NCBI GenBank assembly: GCA_024679065.1
Contig: JAGIQG010000013.1
Span: forward strand, 34,968,001-35,032,000
DNA: 64,000 bases
From: Sphyrna mokarran
Lineage: Eukaryota
Direction: 5' to 3'
This document shows positions 39,241 through 51,929 of this stretch, piece after piece. A program made the translations under genes and the position numbers. The notes under the pieces are model-generated. The model was not told where the DNA came from and did no database searches. It was given only the letters and a program-made list of their open reading frames with translations. Within the stretch, counting starts at the first letter, position 1. Each line of letters opens with the position of its first letter.

Positions 39241-39540
39241 GGACAGCACAGTGGCACAATGATTAGCGCTGCTCTCTCCCAGTACTGGGGGCCCGGACTC
39301 AATTCCAGCCTTGGATGACTGTATGAAGTTTGCACATTCTCCTCGTATCTGCATGGGTTTCCTCTGGGCATTGTGATTTCCTCCCACAGTCCAAAGATGT
39401 GCAGGTTAGGTTGATTGGCCATGCTAAATTGCCCCTTAGCACCATAAATACATGAGGTTATGGGGAAAGGACTGGATGGGATTGTTGTCGGTGCAGGCTT
39501 GATGGGCTGGATGACCCTACTTCTGTAAGGATTCTATGTT
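39241..39540 (+). mobile_element. HE1-type V-SINE
   Basis: Head, core and tail. Confidence 0.8.
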
Positions 39541-39636
39541 CCAATAAGATTACCTGTCACTCTTCCAAACTTCAATTAACATTGGTCCAACCTGGAGATC
39601 AGGAGAATCTGGTATATTTTCATTTTTGTTTTGTTT

Positions 39637-41587
39637 GGCTTATGTCAGGATGAGGCTTGAAGGCTCAGTTAGTGCACTGGAAAGCTATAGATTAGCCAGG
39701 AGGGAGCTAAAGAGTGAGTTGAGAAGAGCTAAAAGAGGACACGAGGAGACTTTGGCTGATAGGATCAAGGAGAATCCTAAAGCTTTCTTTAGATATGTTA
39801 AGAATAGAAGATTGGTTAGGGCAAGATTAGGGCCAGTCACAGACAGTATTGGGAAGTTATGCGTGGAGCCTGAAGAGATTGGAGAGGCACTGAACAAATA
39901 TTTCTCTTTGGTATTCATGCAGGGAGATGTAAATGTAGTTGTGGAGAACACTGGGATACAGGGTTGCAAACTGGAAAGTATTGAAGTAGATAAGAAGGAT
40001 GTGCTAGATATTCTTGAGGGTTTGAAGTTAGATAAGTCCCCTGGGCCGGACGGGATTTACCCTAGGATTCTCTGGAAGGCGAGAGAGGCGATTGCAGAGC
40101 CTCTGGCTCTGATCTTCAGGTCGTCGTTGGTTACGGGTATAGTGCCGGAAGACTGGAGGATAGTGAATGTGGTCCCATTGTTCAAGAAGGGGAATAGAGA
40201 CTTTCCGGGGAATTATAGGCTGGTGAGTCTTACTTCTGTTGTGGGCAAAGTATTAGAAAGAAATATTAGGGATAGGATTTATAGTTATTTAGAGAGAAAT
40301 GAATTGATTGGGGATAGTCAGCATGGTTTTGTGAAGGGTAGGTCGTGCCTTACTAACCTCATTGAGTTTTTTGAAAAAGTGACCAAAGAGGTGGATGGTG
40401 GTAAGGCAGTTGATGTGGTATATATGGACTTTAGTAAGGCATTCGATAAGGTGGCCCATGGAAGGCTTCTGCAGAAAATGCAGATGTATGGGATTGAGGG
40501 TGATTAGCTAATTGGATTAGGAATTGGCTAGCAGATAGAAGACAGAGGGTGGTGGTTGATGGGAGATATTCATCGTGGAGTTCGGTTACAAGTGGTGTAC
40601 CTCAGGAATCTGTTTTGGGGCCCCTGCTGTTTGTAATTTTTATAAATGATCTGGATGAGGGTATTGAAGGATGGATTAGTAAATTTGCGGATGACACTAA
40701 AGTCGGAGGAGTGGTAGATAGTGAAGAGGGGTGTTCTAGTTTGCAGAGAGACTTGGACAAGTTGCAGAGCTTGGCCGAGAGGTGGCAAATGGAGTTTAAT
40801 GTGGAAAAGTGTGAGGTAATTCACTTTGGCAGGAATAACAAATGTATAGAGTATAGGGCTAATGGTAGGACTCTTAATAGTGTTGATGAACAGAGGGATC
40901 TTGGTGTACGTGTGCATAGATCCCTGAAAGTTGGCAATCAAGTCGATAAGGTTGTTAAGAAGGCATACGGAGTCTTAGCTTTTATTGGTAGGGGGATTGA
41001 ATTTCAGAGCCGTAACGTCATGTTGCAACTGTACAAAACTCTGGTGCGGCCGCACTTGGAGTATTGTGTGCAGTTCTGGTCCCCACATTATAAGAAAGAT
41101 GTGGAGGCATTGGAGAGGGTACAGAGGAGCTTTACCAGGATGTTGCCTGGTATGGAGGGCAGGTCCTATGAAGAGAGGTTGAAGGATTTGAGTTGTTTTC
41201 GTTAGAAAGGAGGCGGCTAAGAGGGGATCTTATTGAAGCATATAAGATGATTAGAGGTTTAGATAGGGTGGACAGTGATAGCCTTTTTCCTAGGATGGCG
41301 AAAGCTAGCACGAGGGGACATAGCTTTAAATTAAGGGGTGGTAGTTATAGGACGGATATCAGAGGTAGGTTCTTTACCCAGAGGGTGGTAAGGGTATGGA
41401 ATGCCCTGCCTGCTGCAGTGGTAGATGCGCCAAGTTTGGGGGCGTTTAAGAGGTTAGTAGATAAGTTTATGGATGAAAAGGGAATGGTTTAGGTTAGAGG
41501 GTCATTGCTTTTTCTTAATTGGTCGGCGCAACATCGAAGACCAAAGGGCCTATTCTGCACTGTAATGTTCTATGTTCTATCTATGTT
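39637..41587 (+). mobile_element. CR1 LINE, young 5'-truncated copy, in the gene B V-C intron
   Basis: KSPGPDGIYP, QHGFVKGRSCLTNL, DFSKAFDKV, KFADD, RPHLEYCVQFW; few disablements; TTCTATG-type tail. Confidence 0.93.
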
Positions 41588-41740
41588 AGAAGCTATTGCT
41601 GTTATTTCACAGCAAACTTTCTTAATAACTAAATGAAATGAATAATGTCTTTTCCGCTAGAGTCACTGGAAACCTACATAAAAATTTAAATAATTAAACA
41701 CCGAGTGATTCTGAATGCAGATGCAGAACAGATGACATAC

Positions 41741-42076
41741 CCCAAACAGATAGATGTATTGATATTTCACCAAATCCATTGTTATTATACGCTCCGCACT
41801 TGTAGGTTCCTTCATCCCAGATATTGACATTCTTCAGTGTAAGAGATGCATCTCCTTTATTGACTCCATGAAGTTCGGTTCTCTTGGTGTAGTTTTTGTG
41901 CTGATTGCTGAAGTCATGCTCATTTCTTTTGTACTCATGCACAGTTTGATCCACACCTTCCTTCTGCCAGATCACTGTAGGATTATTGTCACCAGTGCTG
42001 TCAAATGTACACTTGAGAATGGCATGTTTGCCAATCTCTACAGCAATGTGCTCCTCAGGGGCAACAATGAATGTCT
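41741..42076 (-). CDS. Gene B exon: B7/butyrophilin-family IgV domain
   Basis: cccttgtgcag acceptor and G|gtatgt donor; 336 nt, phase 1-1. ETFIVAPEEHIAVEIGKHAILKC...VIWQK...VHEY...QHKNYTKRTEL...GDASLTLKNVNIWDEGTYKC is a typical B7/BTN V. Confidence 0.92.
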
Positions 42077-42994
42077 CTGCACAAGGGATGAAAGTACCAC
42101 AGTTAGAAACAAATATTTTAATAATTATTCACATAAATATATATTAGCCTTTTGTTCAGATCAGATCTGTTTATTTCTATCATTTATAAAGAAGTGTTGA
42201 AAAGGTGCATTGTTTCGCTGATAAATGGGTTAGATTGTGATCACAAATTCCTCAAAGTTGGTTTCTGCTTTCTTGCAAATAAACAACAAGGATGAGCTCC
42301 GAGGAATTTCCTGGTCTATGTAGGCCGTTGGTAAGTAGCTGAATGTGTTTTTAATAACATTTGGAGCTAACTTTGAACTAATTGCAATATTGCCATGTCT
42401 ATCTGTTGTTTTCCAGAGCTGTTGTGTACTTGATGGACTGATTGGTATAAATCCCTGATGTCGCTATATGATACCAGTGCTTCACTTGAACTTGCATTTA
42501 GAGATTTTCATTTAGGTACAGAAGTCCACATGAAAGACATCTCATAGTTCAAATATGAAGGGTCATCTAATCTTGAAATATTGGCTCTACTCTCTCTCCA
42601 TAAATGCCGTCAGATTTGCTGAGATTTCCCAGCATTTTTCTGTTTTTGTCACAGCACATGCCTACCTTCATACTCCTGACAAGTTTCAGTTGGTGGGAAA
42701 ACCACCACTATTCTACCTTTCAGGCTTCCAATAAAACAGCAGCAACTTTGGGTTCTGGCAACAATCAGGTCCAGCCTTTGGCACTCACCATTTACAACCA
42801 CAGTGGTGAGAATGTGAGAACAAAATGGATAAGTCCCGTTGACAATTAAATGGCAACCTAAAATGTTTGTCTGAATTCTAGAGTCAAATTAATAGTCAAA
42901 TTATTCAAATCCATGAATTTCTCTGAATTTAGGCTTTTTTTTTATTATTAACAGAGACAAATTTCAGCCAGACAGAAATCTGCTGCACTATTTT

Positions 42995-43675
42995 GTGGCA
43001 CGGTGGAACGTAGCTAACACTGTTGCTTCACAGCACCAGGGACCCAGGTTCAATTCCGGTCACTATCTGTGTGGAGTTTGTATGTTCTCCTTGTGTCTGC
43101 ACAGGTTTCCTCCAGCTTCTCCAGTTTCCTCCCACAGTCCAAAGATAGAAATAATGGAATCATAGAAAATTACAGCTCAGAAACAGGCCTTTTGGTCCTT
43201 CTTGTCTGTACCGAACCATTTTTTGCCTTGTTCCACTGACCTGCTCTTGAACCATATCCCTCCACATCTCTCTCATCCATGAACCCGTCAAAGCTTTTCT
43301 TAAACAATAAAAGTGACCCCACATTTACCACTTTATCCGGCAGCTCATTCCACACTCCCACCACTCTCTGCGTGAAGAAGCCCCTCTAATAATCCCTTTA
43401 AACTTTTCTCCTTTCACCCTTAACCGATGCCCTCTGGTTTTTTTCTCCCCTAGCCTCAGTGGAAAAAGCCTGGGCTTTTAGGTGCAAGTTAGGTGAATTG
43501 GCCATGTTAAATTGCCCTTAATGTCTCAAGATGTGTAAGTTCGGGGGGATTAGTAGGCTAAATACATGGAGTTACGAGGGTAGGGCCTGGTGGAATGCTC
43601 TGACAGAGTGTTGATGCAGACTTGATGGGCCGAATGGCCCCCTTCTGCACTGTAGGAATTCTATGATTCTATTCT
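42995..43675 (+). mobile_element. HE1-type V-SINE split by an antisense CR1 3' fragment (~43150-43472)
   Basis: Core stops at CAGTCCAAAGA and resumes at GTGCAAGTTAGG. Confidence 0.8.
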
Positions 43676-46349
43676 ATCCTGTTTCAAAGGCTTTTCTTAT
43701 TTATTAGTTATCCTAGCCAAAGTATTGATGGTGAGAATGACATGAATTCTGCCTGTTTCAGTTATAAATGTTTAGAATCCTTACAAACTTCTTGTAGTAG
43801 ACCAATCCCAGATTTGTCAGAGTAGTCTTATGACCCAAGTGCCTCATCCTTTGAGCCATTCGCATAGATCTTTTTGCATCCTCTCCATGGCCTTCCAATC
43901 CTTCATAAATTATGGATCCAAGACTAGGAGACAATACTCTAATTGAAGCTGAAATAGTGCTTTATAAAGATTCCCCATAACTTGCTGTTTTTGTATTGTA
44001 TGGGCAGAATCTTAGCGGCACATCCGCCCAAGGTTCGTATGATCCCGTCCGAGGACAATGGAGAATACAGTTCTCCAAGCCCCTCCAATCAGGGCAGGTT
44101 TCCCAATAAAATTCTGGCCTATGACTCTACTTATAAAGTCCAGAACCCGATATGCCCATTTATGCTCAATAATCTGTGCACATATATCCCCAAGTCACTC
44201 TGCTCCCTTTAGTGTATCCTTTAGTTTATGTTGTCTTTCCACATTCTTCACCCATTGAGGGGACGGTTCTCCCATCCCGACAAGCTAATTCTTTAGCACA
44301 GTGGGAGGGGAGAACCGTGTGTGGGCTAATTTGTGGGATTCGCACATGCATTCCAGATGTGTGTGCATCTCTGAGCGCCGGATAGCCAGCACGGTCAGGA
44401 CCACACTGGAAACTGGCAGGAACTGCAGGTAACTGATTTTAATCTATTTTTAATTCTATTTTGATGTCATTGCAGGCCCAAAACTGAAGTCTTTGGGCTC
44501 TCTAGTATTTCCTACCCTGTCAGTGCAATTCCACTCTGGCAGGGTTCAGACTGGCTCTCCACTTTCGGGGAACTAGCAGGGTGACCCCACTGGAGTGAAG
44601 GGCGGAGGGCAATCGGGGCTCCCTTGGGCATAGGCACCCTGGCAGTGCTGGCCCTATGCTCCTTGGCATTGCCCATGCCTGGGGGAGAGGGGGAGGGCAC
44701 CTTGTCATTGCCCACTGGACATCTGGCAGTGGCAATGGGGTGCTTGTCTAGGGGCGAGCCCTAGTGAATGCAGCTTTAGGGCGATCCATGGGAGCAGGGA
44801 TCCACTCTGCATAGAGATCAGTTGGGACTGGAAGGAGGCCAGCGATCAGGACGGGCCGCTGGGGGATGGGGGCATCTGACTCCTGTGGAGGGGGTAATCA
44901 CCGCAGCTGAGGTGGCGGAGCTGGTGATTGGCACAGGTGTTGTTCTTTGGACAGGAGAGGGGTCGAAGCTGGCTGGGGAATGGTCGTGGGGGCCGCGATT
45001 GGATCATGGGAGTGGGGGGGAGGAGGGGGGGTTGCTAGAGGGGCAGCATGGCGAGGGTGGCATGCTGGCCAGCGATCAAACTGGCCAGCAAACCTCAGGT
45101 TGACAGTTCGGGGCCATTACCCTTGAGGTCTTGGGGGTGAATAGGCCCCATCCCCTAAGCTTTTAGTGATAGTCACAACTGTGGCCTCTGCATTACAATA
45201 GAATGTGGGAAATTCTGGTGTGACCTCCCACTGAAAAAAACAATTGTAAATTACACCAGTTTTCCCACAAATTCAGCACTTGAAGGTTTTTTCAGAGAAT
45301 CTAAATTCCCCTAAATTTGTCTGCCATTCAATCAATGACCTCTCTATTCTCCTCACAGTTCACCATAGTTCCAAGTTTTGTGTCATCTGCAAAATTTTAA
45401 ATTGTGCCCTGGACGCCAAAAACAATGATTCTGAGCGTGACTCCTGGGGAATGCCGTGATTTACCAAAAATAGCAATTCAATAGTATTCTCTGGCTCAAA
45501 TCTTCAGATCAGTGTCAGAACTATCGCGCAGAATTTGATCAATCAGACAACCGCACTTAACTGATTATCTTTAGAAGGCTATGACTAATGATGCAGAATC
45601 TTGAAGAACTCATTCAGCACAGAAGACATGCCCTGTTTTTATGGCACTAGTTGCCATATAGTAAATCAAGGGCCAGCCTTTGAACCTTAGTGAATGGGTG
45701 AACAGATGAATGATGAATAGGTTGGTGGGCAGGATGACTACGTGGGTAGATGAATGAGTCAGAGAAGTGGGTGAGGTGAGTGAGGTGGATAAGAGGGTAG
45801 GCTGATGAATGGGTGAGCTGGGTGAAGAGGCAAGGTGAAGGAGACAATGGCAAGTAGTTGTCTTTTGGGGTTAACTGTGTGGTCATGAGTAGTCAGGTTA
45901 GGGAGCAGTTGTGTTGGGTTGGGGTTAGTCATGGGATAGGGTTGAGGGGTAATCAGGTCAAAGGATCAGGTAGCATAGTCATGACGGTGCTGTAGATAGG
46001 GGAGGGATGTGGTCAGTTGTGCAGATGGATGTTAGACTAAGGTTTAACCTGTCTAACACTTCTGCATAACTAGATAAGTATCATGGAACTGTCCCAAGTC
46101 TCTGACTCTAGCTCAGAGTCTAAGACATTTGCAGAGGGGAAATTTAAACTTCCTGGGCAAATTCCTGGTGTTGGGAATTTCCGCAGAGTCCTGTCGCACA
46201 TCTTTAGCTGTACATCCAGTCTCCAACAATCCCAATCAAGTTACGTAAATATAATTTGCCAGATATATCTAATATCTGTCACATTCATATATGCATATTT
46301 ATTTAGGTTTATTCATGTATTTTCAAACAAGGGGGAAAAAAAAACTTAC

Positions 46350-46399
46350 CGATCTGGCTGAACAGCAAGCAAAGCAGGAGAAAGCATAGTGGTGGCATC
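46350..46399 (-). CDS. Gene B exon: signal peptide (MPPLCFLLLCLLFSQI)
   Basis: ttctttttcag acceptor, ATG at 46398, G|gtaagt donor, phase 1; in frame with the V exon. Confidence 0.85.
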
Positions 46400-46539
46400 C
46401 TGAAAAAGAATTATTGATTGGTTAGAAAGAAGGAACGAGACAGTAAAAAAAAGGGGTGCTTCCAAGTGGGTAAGGTGTGGTAATGATATTCCACACGGTA
46501 TAGCTCTATAACTGCTTCTGTTAATTTGTGCACATCAAC

Positions 46540-47250
46540 TAATTGGATAAAATCAGAGAGAGTGGTGTCTATATTTCCAGAAAATATTAAAATAGGACAC
46601 ATAGAAAATATTTCTGAAGTCCAGAGGATGCTCCAAAATAAGGGACTTAAGAGCGATAAGTCCCTTTCACTGATCAGTTGCACTCTTGGATATTAAAGGT
46701 AGCAGCTGCAGAGATAGAGGATGCACTGGTAATCTTCCAAGAAGGCTTAAATTCTGGAAAAGTCCCAGAGAACTGAAAAAATCCACTGTAACACCTTTAT
46801 TCAAAAAGGGAGACAGAAACAAAAAATTATAGGCCAGTTATTATAGCTATTACTTAAATATGGCTAAGGAAGGACATGATTACATCGAGGGCCGAAGGGC
46901 CTGTTCTGCGCTGTAATGATTGGCAGCTCAATGTTCCAGGGTACGGATACAATAGGAAAAATAGAACAGAAGGTAAAAGAGGAAGGGGAGTCACACTTTT
47001 GATTAGAGAAAACATCATAGCAGTTCTGAGAGAGGATATATACGAGGATTCGCCTACTGAGTCAATATGGGTAGAACTGAGAAATAAGGTGAGGGAAATG
47101 ACTTTGATAGGGTTGTACTACAGGGCCCCAAATAGTCAGCGGGAAATTGAGGAGCAAATATATAAGGAGATTACCGATAGCTCCAAAATAGGATGGTGAT
47201 AGTAGGGGATTTTAACATTCCCAACATTGACTGGGACAGCCATAGTATTA
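46540..47250 (+). mobile_element. CR1 ORF2 fragments
   Basis: ESIWVELRN...GLYYRAPNS, GDFN. Confidence 0.75.
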
Positions 47251-47534
47251 GACTATAAGACCATAAGACATAAAGGAGCAGAATTAGGCCATGCGGCCCA
47301 TCGAGTTTGTTCTGCCATTCAATTATGGCTGATATTTTCCTTATCCTCATTTTCCTGCCTTTTCCCCATGACCCCTGACCCCCTTATTAATCAAAAACCT
47401 ATCTAACTCTATCTTAAAGACACTCAATGACTTGGCTGCCACAGCCTTCTGCAGCAAAGAGTTCCACAGAGTCAGCAATCTCTGTCTGAAGAAATTCTTT
47501 CTCATCTCTGTTTTAAAGGATTATCCCTTTAGCC

Positions 47535-48265
47535 TGAGATTATGCCCTCCAGGCCACAGAATTTGGAGATGAATTTTGTAGGAATGATGGTGTTGAAGGC
47601 TGAGCTGTAGTTAATGTAGTCCGACGCAAGGGTCTTTGTTACCCAGGTTTTCCAGGGTTGAATGTGGGGCCAGGTAGATGGCATCTACTGTGGACCTGTT
47701 GCAAACACTACTGGATCCAGGCAATCTGGGAGGCTGGAACTGATTGGTGCCATGACTAACCTTTTGAAACACTTCAGAATGATGGATGTCAGAGCCACTG
47801 GATGATAGTCATTGAAGCACTGGCTTTTCTTTGGTACAGGAGATGATGGTCATCTCCTTGAAGCAGGTAGCGGCTTCAGATCAGTGTAAGGAGAGTTTAA
47901 AGATGCCTGCGATTACTGCCACCAGTTGATCTGTGCAGGATCTGAATATTCATCCGGGTATCCCATTCAGGCCGGTAACTTTCTGATGGGTTGATTTCCA
48001 TGAGGGCTGCTCTGACATCAGTGATGTTGACCTTGGATACTGGTTTAGCCAAGGCTTCAGGAGTGGAAGGGCTGGTCTCGCTGACCTCTTGCTCAAAACA
48101 AGCATTGAGCTCATCAGGAAGGAGTATTTTGGTGTCGGCAATTCTACGTGCCTTCATCTTGTAGCCTGTTATGTCTTGCAGACCTTGCCATAGTTGGCAG
48201 GAGTCTGTGTGGCTAGTTTGGGACTCTAGCTTGGTCTGGTACTGTCTCTTGTCATCTGTGATGGT
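47535..48265 (-). mobile_element. Rex1/Babar-clade LINE RT fragment
   Basis: LPDELNACFE; degenerate [16 protein letters not shown]...SAFNTIIP. Confidence 0.75.
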
Positions 48266-48359
48266 TCTTAGAATTTTTTGAGGTGGTATTATTCATGAAA
48301 AATAAAGGGGAGCCAGTAAGTGTAATAGGTAATGAAGGTGAGAGGCTCAAAGAAGAGAC

Positions 48360-51300
48360 TGAAAGAACAAAGAACAAAACAGCACAGGAAACAGGTCCTT
48401 TGGCCCAACGAGCCCGCACCACCACCCCGATGTTCCCGCCTCTACCCGTGATCCCTGTCTATGTTTATAGATCTATGGATTAAAAACCAAATTTGAGACA
48501 ATTTAGGGAGAATTGTTTTGCCAATTAGCCTAAGAGCACATCTTTGGGATGTGGGAGGAAACCGGAGCACCCAGAGAAAACCCACGCAAGCACGGGGGGA
48601 ATGCGCAAACTCCCACAGACACAGGCCCAAATCCATGTATCTGCACAGCACAGCGATAGTCACTGAGCTGTCGTGTTGCCCATCAAATGTCCAGGTCAAG
48701 CGTACACTAACGACGTGAAGCACTAGGATACTCTCGAAAAAGATCCAAGAGCAGCCCTCTCATGACCCATCGCGTGTATGCCCCTCGTTAGACAACAAGG
48801 TGGACCAAAGCACCTGTACGATAAAAACAAGTACATCAATATCATCATCTATTTACATACTTCCCAGGGACTCCCAAGGCTCATGATCCCTATTTTAAAT
48901 CAGTTTTCTATACCCCTCCATTCCCATTCTGTTCATGTGCCCATCTAAGTATTTCTTAAATAACTCCAGAGTACCTGCCTCCACCACTTTAGTTGGCAGC
49001 GCATTCCATACCCCCACCACCCTGTATGTGAAAAAACTCCCTCTAGCATCCAAATTATACCTTACCCCCCGCACCCTAAGCCCGTGACCCCTCGTGCTAT
49101 TTGAGTCCATCCTAGGAAAAAGCTTAACCCTGTTTACTCTATCTATACCCCTCATAATCTTGTACACCTCTGTTAGATCCCCTTTAAGTCTACGTCTTTC
49201 TGAGGAAAACAGTCCCAATTTGCCTAACCTCTCCTTGTAATTCAGACCTTCCATACCAGGCAGCATCCTGGTAAACCTCCTCTGCACTCTCTCCAGAGTC
49301 TCCACATCCTTCCAGTAGTAAGGCGATCAGAACTGGACGCAGTATTCCAAATGAGGTCTAACCAGCGTTTTATACAACTGCAACATTAAAGGCCAGCTCT
49401 TGTACTCTATACCCCTTCCTATAAACGCTAGCATACCATATGCTTTCTTCACAACCTTCTCCACTTGTTCTGCCACCTTCAGAGACTTGTTCACCTGCAC
49501 CCCCAGGTCCCTCTGCATTTCTGTACTCTTAACAGGTCTACCCTTTATCATATACCTCCCCTCTACATTCTTTCTCCCGAAATGCATCACCTCACATTTA
49601 TGAGGATTGAATTCCATCTGCCATCTGTCTGCCCAAGCTACCAGCCTATCTATGTCCTGCTGCATCACCTGACAATGCTCCTCACTATCCGCAAGTCCAG
49701 CAATCTTTGTATCGTCTGCAAACTTGCTGATCACTCCACTTACTCCCTCTTCCAAATCATTTATATATATTACAAGTAGAAGAGGTCCCAGTACCGAGCC
49801 CTGTGGCACACCACTAGCGACCGACCTCCAGCTAGAAAAACACCCTTCCGCTATTACTCTCTGTCTCCTATTACCAAGCCAGTTACTTATCCATCTAGCT
49901 ACCTGTCCTTGTATCCCATGAGCCTTGACTTTCTCAACTAACCTCCTGAGGGGCTTTGTCAAACGCCTCACTAAAATCCATATAGACGACATCAACAGCT
50001 CGCCCTTCGTCCACCGTTTTCGTCACCTCCTCAAAAAATTCTACCAGATTTGTAAGGCATGACCTCCCCTCAACAAATCCATGCTGCGTATCCCTAATCA
50101 GATTGCAACGGTCTAAGTGCCTATACATCCTATCTCTAAGAATCCCCTCCAACAGCTTCCCTACCACTGACATCAAACTCACCGGCCTATAATTTCCAGG
50201 GTTATCCCTACTACCCTTTTAAAACAATGGTACAACATTAGCTATTATCCAGTCCTCTGGGACCTCACCTGTGTCCAAGGAAGAGACAAAGATTTGCGTC
50301 AGAGGCCCAGCAATTTCACCTTGCACCTCTCTAAGCAGCCTGGGATAAATGCCATCAGGCCCTGGAGATTTATCAGTTTTAATGCTACCTAGAAGCTCTA
50401 ACACTTCCTCCCTCGGTATGGATATTTCCCTCAACTGGTCCACAGCTCCCTCAGAGACAGGAGCTGTCAACAAGTCCCTCTCCTTCGTGAATACCGACGC
50501 AAAGTATTCATTCAGGATCTCCGCCATTCCCTCGGGCTGTAAGCACAGTTCCCCTCCTCTGTCCCTAAGAGGTCCGATTTTTCCTCTAACCACCCTTTTA
50601 TTCCTAACATAGGAGTAAAAAACCTTTGGATTTTCCTTAATCCTATCTGCCAAAATCATTTCATGCCCCCTTTTTGCCCTTCTAACTCCCCGTTTGAGCT
50701 CCCTCCTATTCTCTCTATATTCCTCCAACGCTGTCTCCGTTCCCAGCTGCTTTGACCTATCATACGCCTCTCTTTTCTTCCTAACCAAGTCCTCAAAATC
50801 CCTAGTAATCCACAGCTCTCTAATCCTTCCTTTCCCATCTTTCCTCTTGGCCGGCACATATTTATCTTGCAACATTTTCAGTATTCCCTTGAAAGACTCC
50901 CACATGCCTAGCGTGGACTTGCCCTCGAACAACCATTCCCAATCAGTTTCCATAAGTTCCTGCCTAATCTGACCATAGTTAGCCTTCCCCCAATTCAGCA
51001 CCCTGCCCCTAGGGCAACAAGCATCCTTTTCCATCTGTACCCTAAAGCAGACAGAATTGTGGTCACTGTTAGGCACATGTTCCCCTACTACAGCATCAAC
51101 CACCTGCCCTGGCTCATTACTCAGAACTAAATCCAATATAGCCCCTTCTCTGGTCGGGCTAGCCACATACTGCTCCAACGATCCTTCCAGTACACATTTT
51201 ACAAATTCCTGCCCGTCTAAACCCCCAGCTTTAGGTACTTTCCAATCCACCCTAGGGAGATTAAAATCTCCCACTGTAACGACTCTGTTCTTTCTGCACC

Positions 51301-51430
51301 TATCCAAAATGTCTTTACATATGCCTTCTTCAACTATCTGCGGGCTGTTGGGAGGCCTATAATACACCCCCAGCATGGTAATCGCCCCCTTTCTATTCCT
51401 CAACTCCACCCACAGTGACTCCAGGGTTGT
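48360..51430 (-). mobile_element. CR1 LINE (EN-RT) whose 3' end continues into a V-SINE-derived segment
   Basis: YYRPPN, GDFN, SDH, GVPQGSVLGP, KFADD; after the stop at 48895, a unique 3' UTR runs into a V-SINE core at 48685-48520 and a GTTCTTT tail. Confidence 0.9.
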
Positions 51431-51564
51431 TTATGTATGTCCTCTCAACCTGGACTCGGTATTCACTACTTCTCAGGGTCACATGCTATTGTTGCATTCT
51501 GTCCCACCTTAAACTCAACAAACCCACCAAAGCAGTTCCAAGCAGTCCCGATTGTTTAGATTAA

Positions 51565-51737
51565 ACAACAAAGAACAAAGAATAACACAGCACGGGAAAC
51601 AGACCCTTCGGTCCAATGAGCCCACGCTGCTATTTTAACGTTCCCACTTCCACCCATGACCCTTGTCTATGTTTATGGAAATCTGCATTGGAACCAAATT
51701 GGGGAGACAATTTAGGGACAATTTGTTTCGCCAATCA
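51565..51737 (-). mobile_element. Short 3' fragment of the same chimeric family
   Basis: Similar to 48360-48530 (AAAGAACAAAG tail; GAGACAATTTAGGGA). Confidence 0.7.
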
Positions 51738-51929
51738 TTATTGATATTCGATAGATTATTGATAACATCAACAAACTGGACAGATTTGTCTTCTGAATCT
51801 ACTGGCTTTGCATCATAAAGACCCACATGGTCCATGTACACCTCTCACAACACACTGTCCAGTCTCACCCTTCACACACTGATTATTGTCCAACGTACAA
51901 CTCTATAAGAGGAAAGGCAATCAGCAAGT

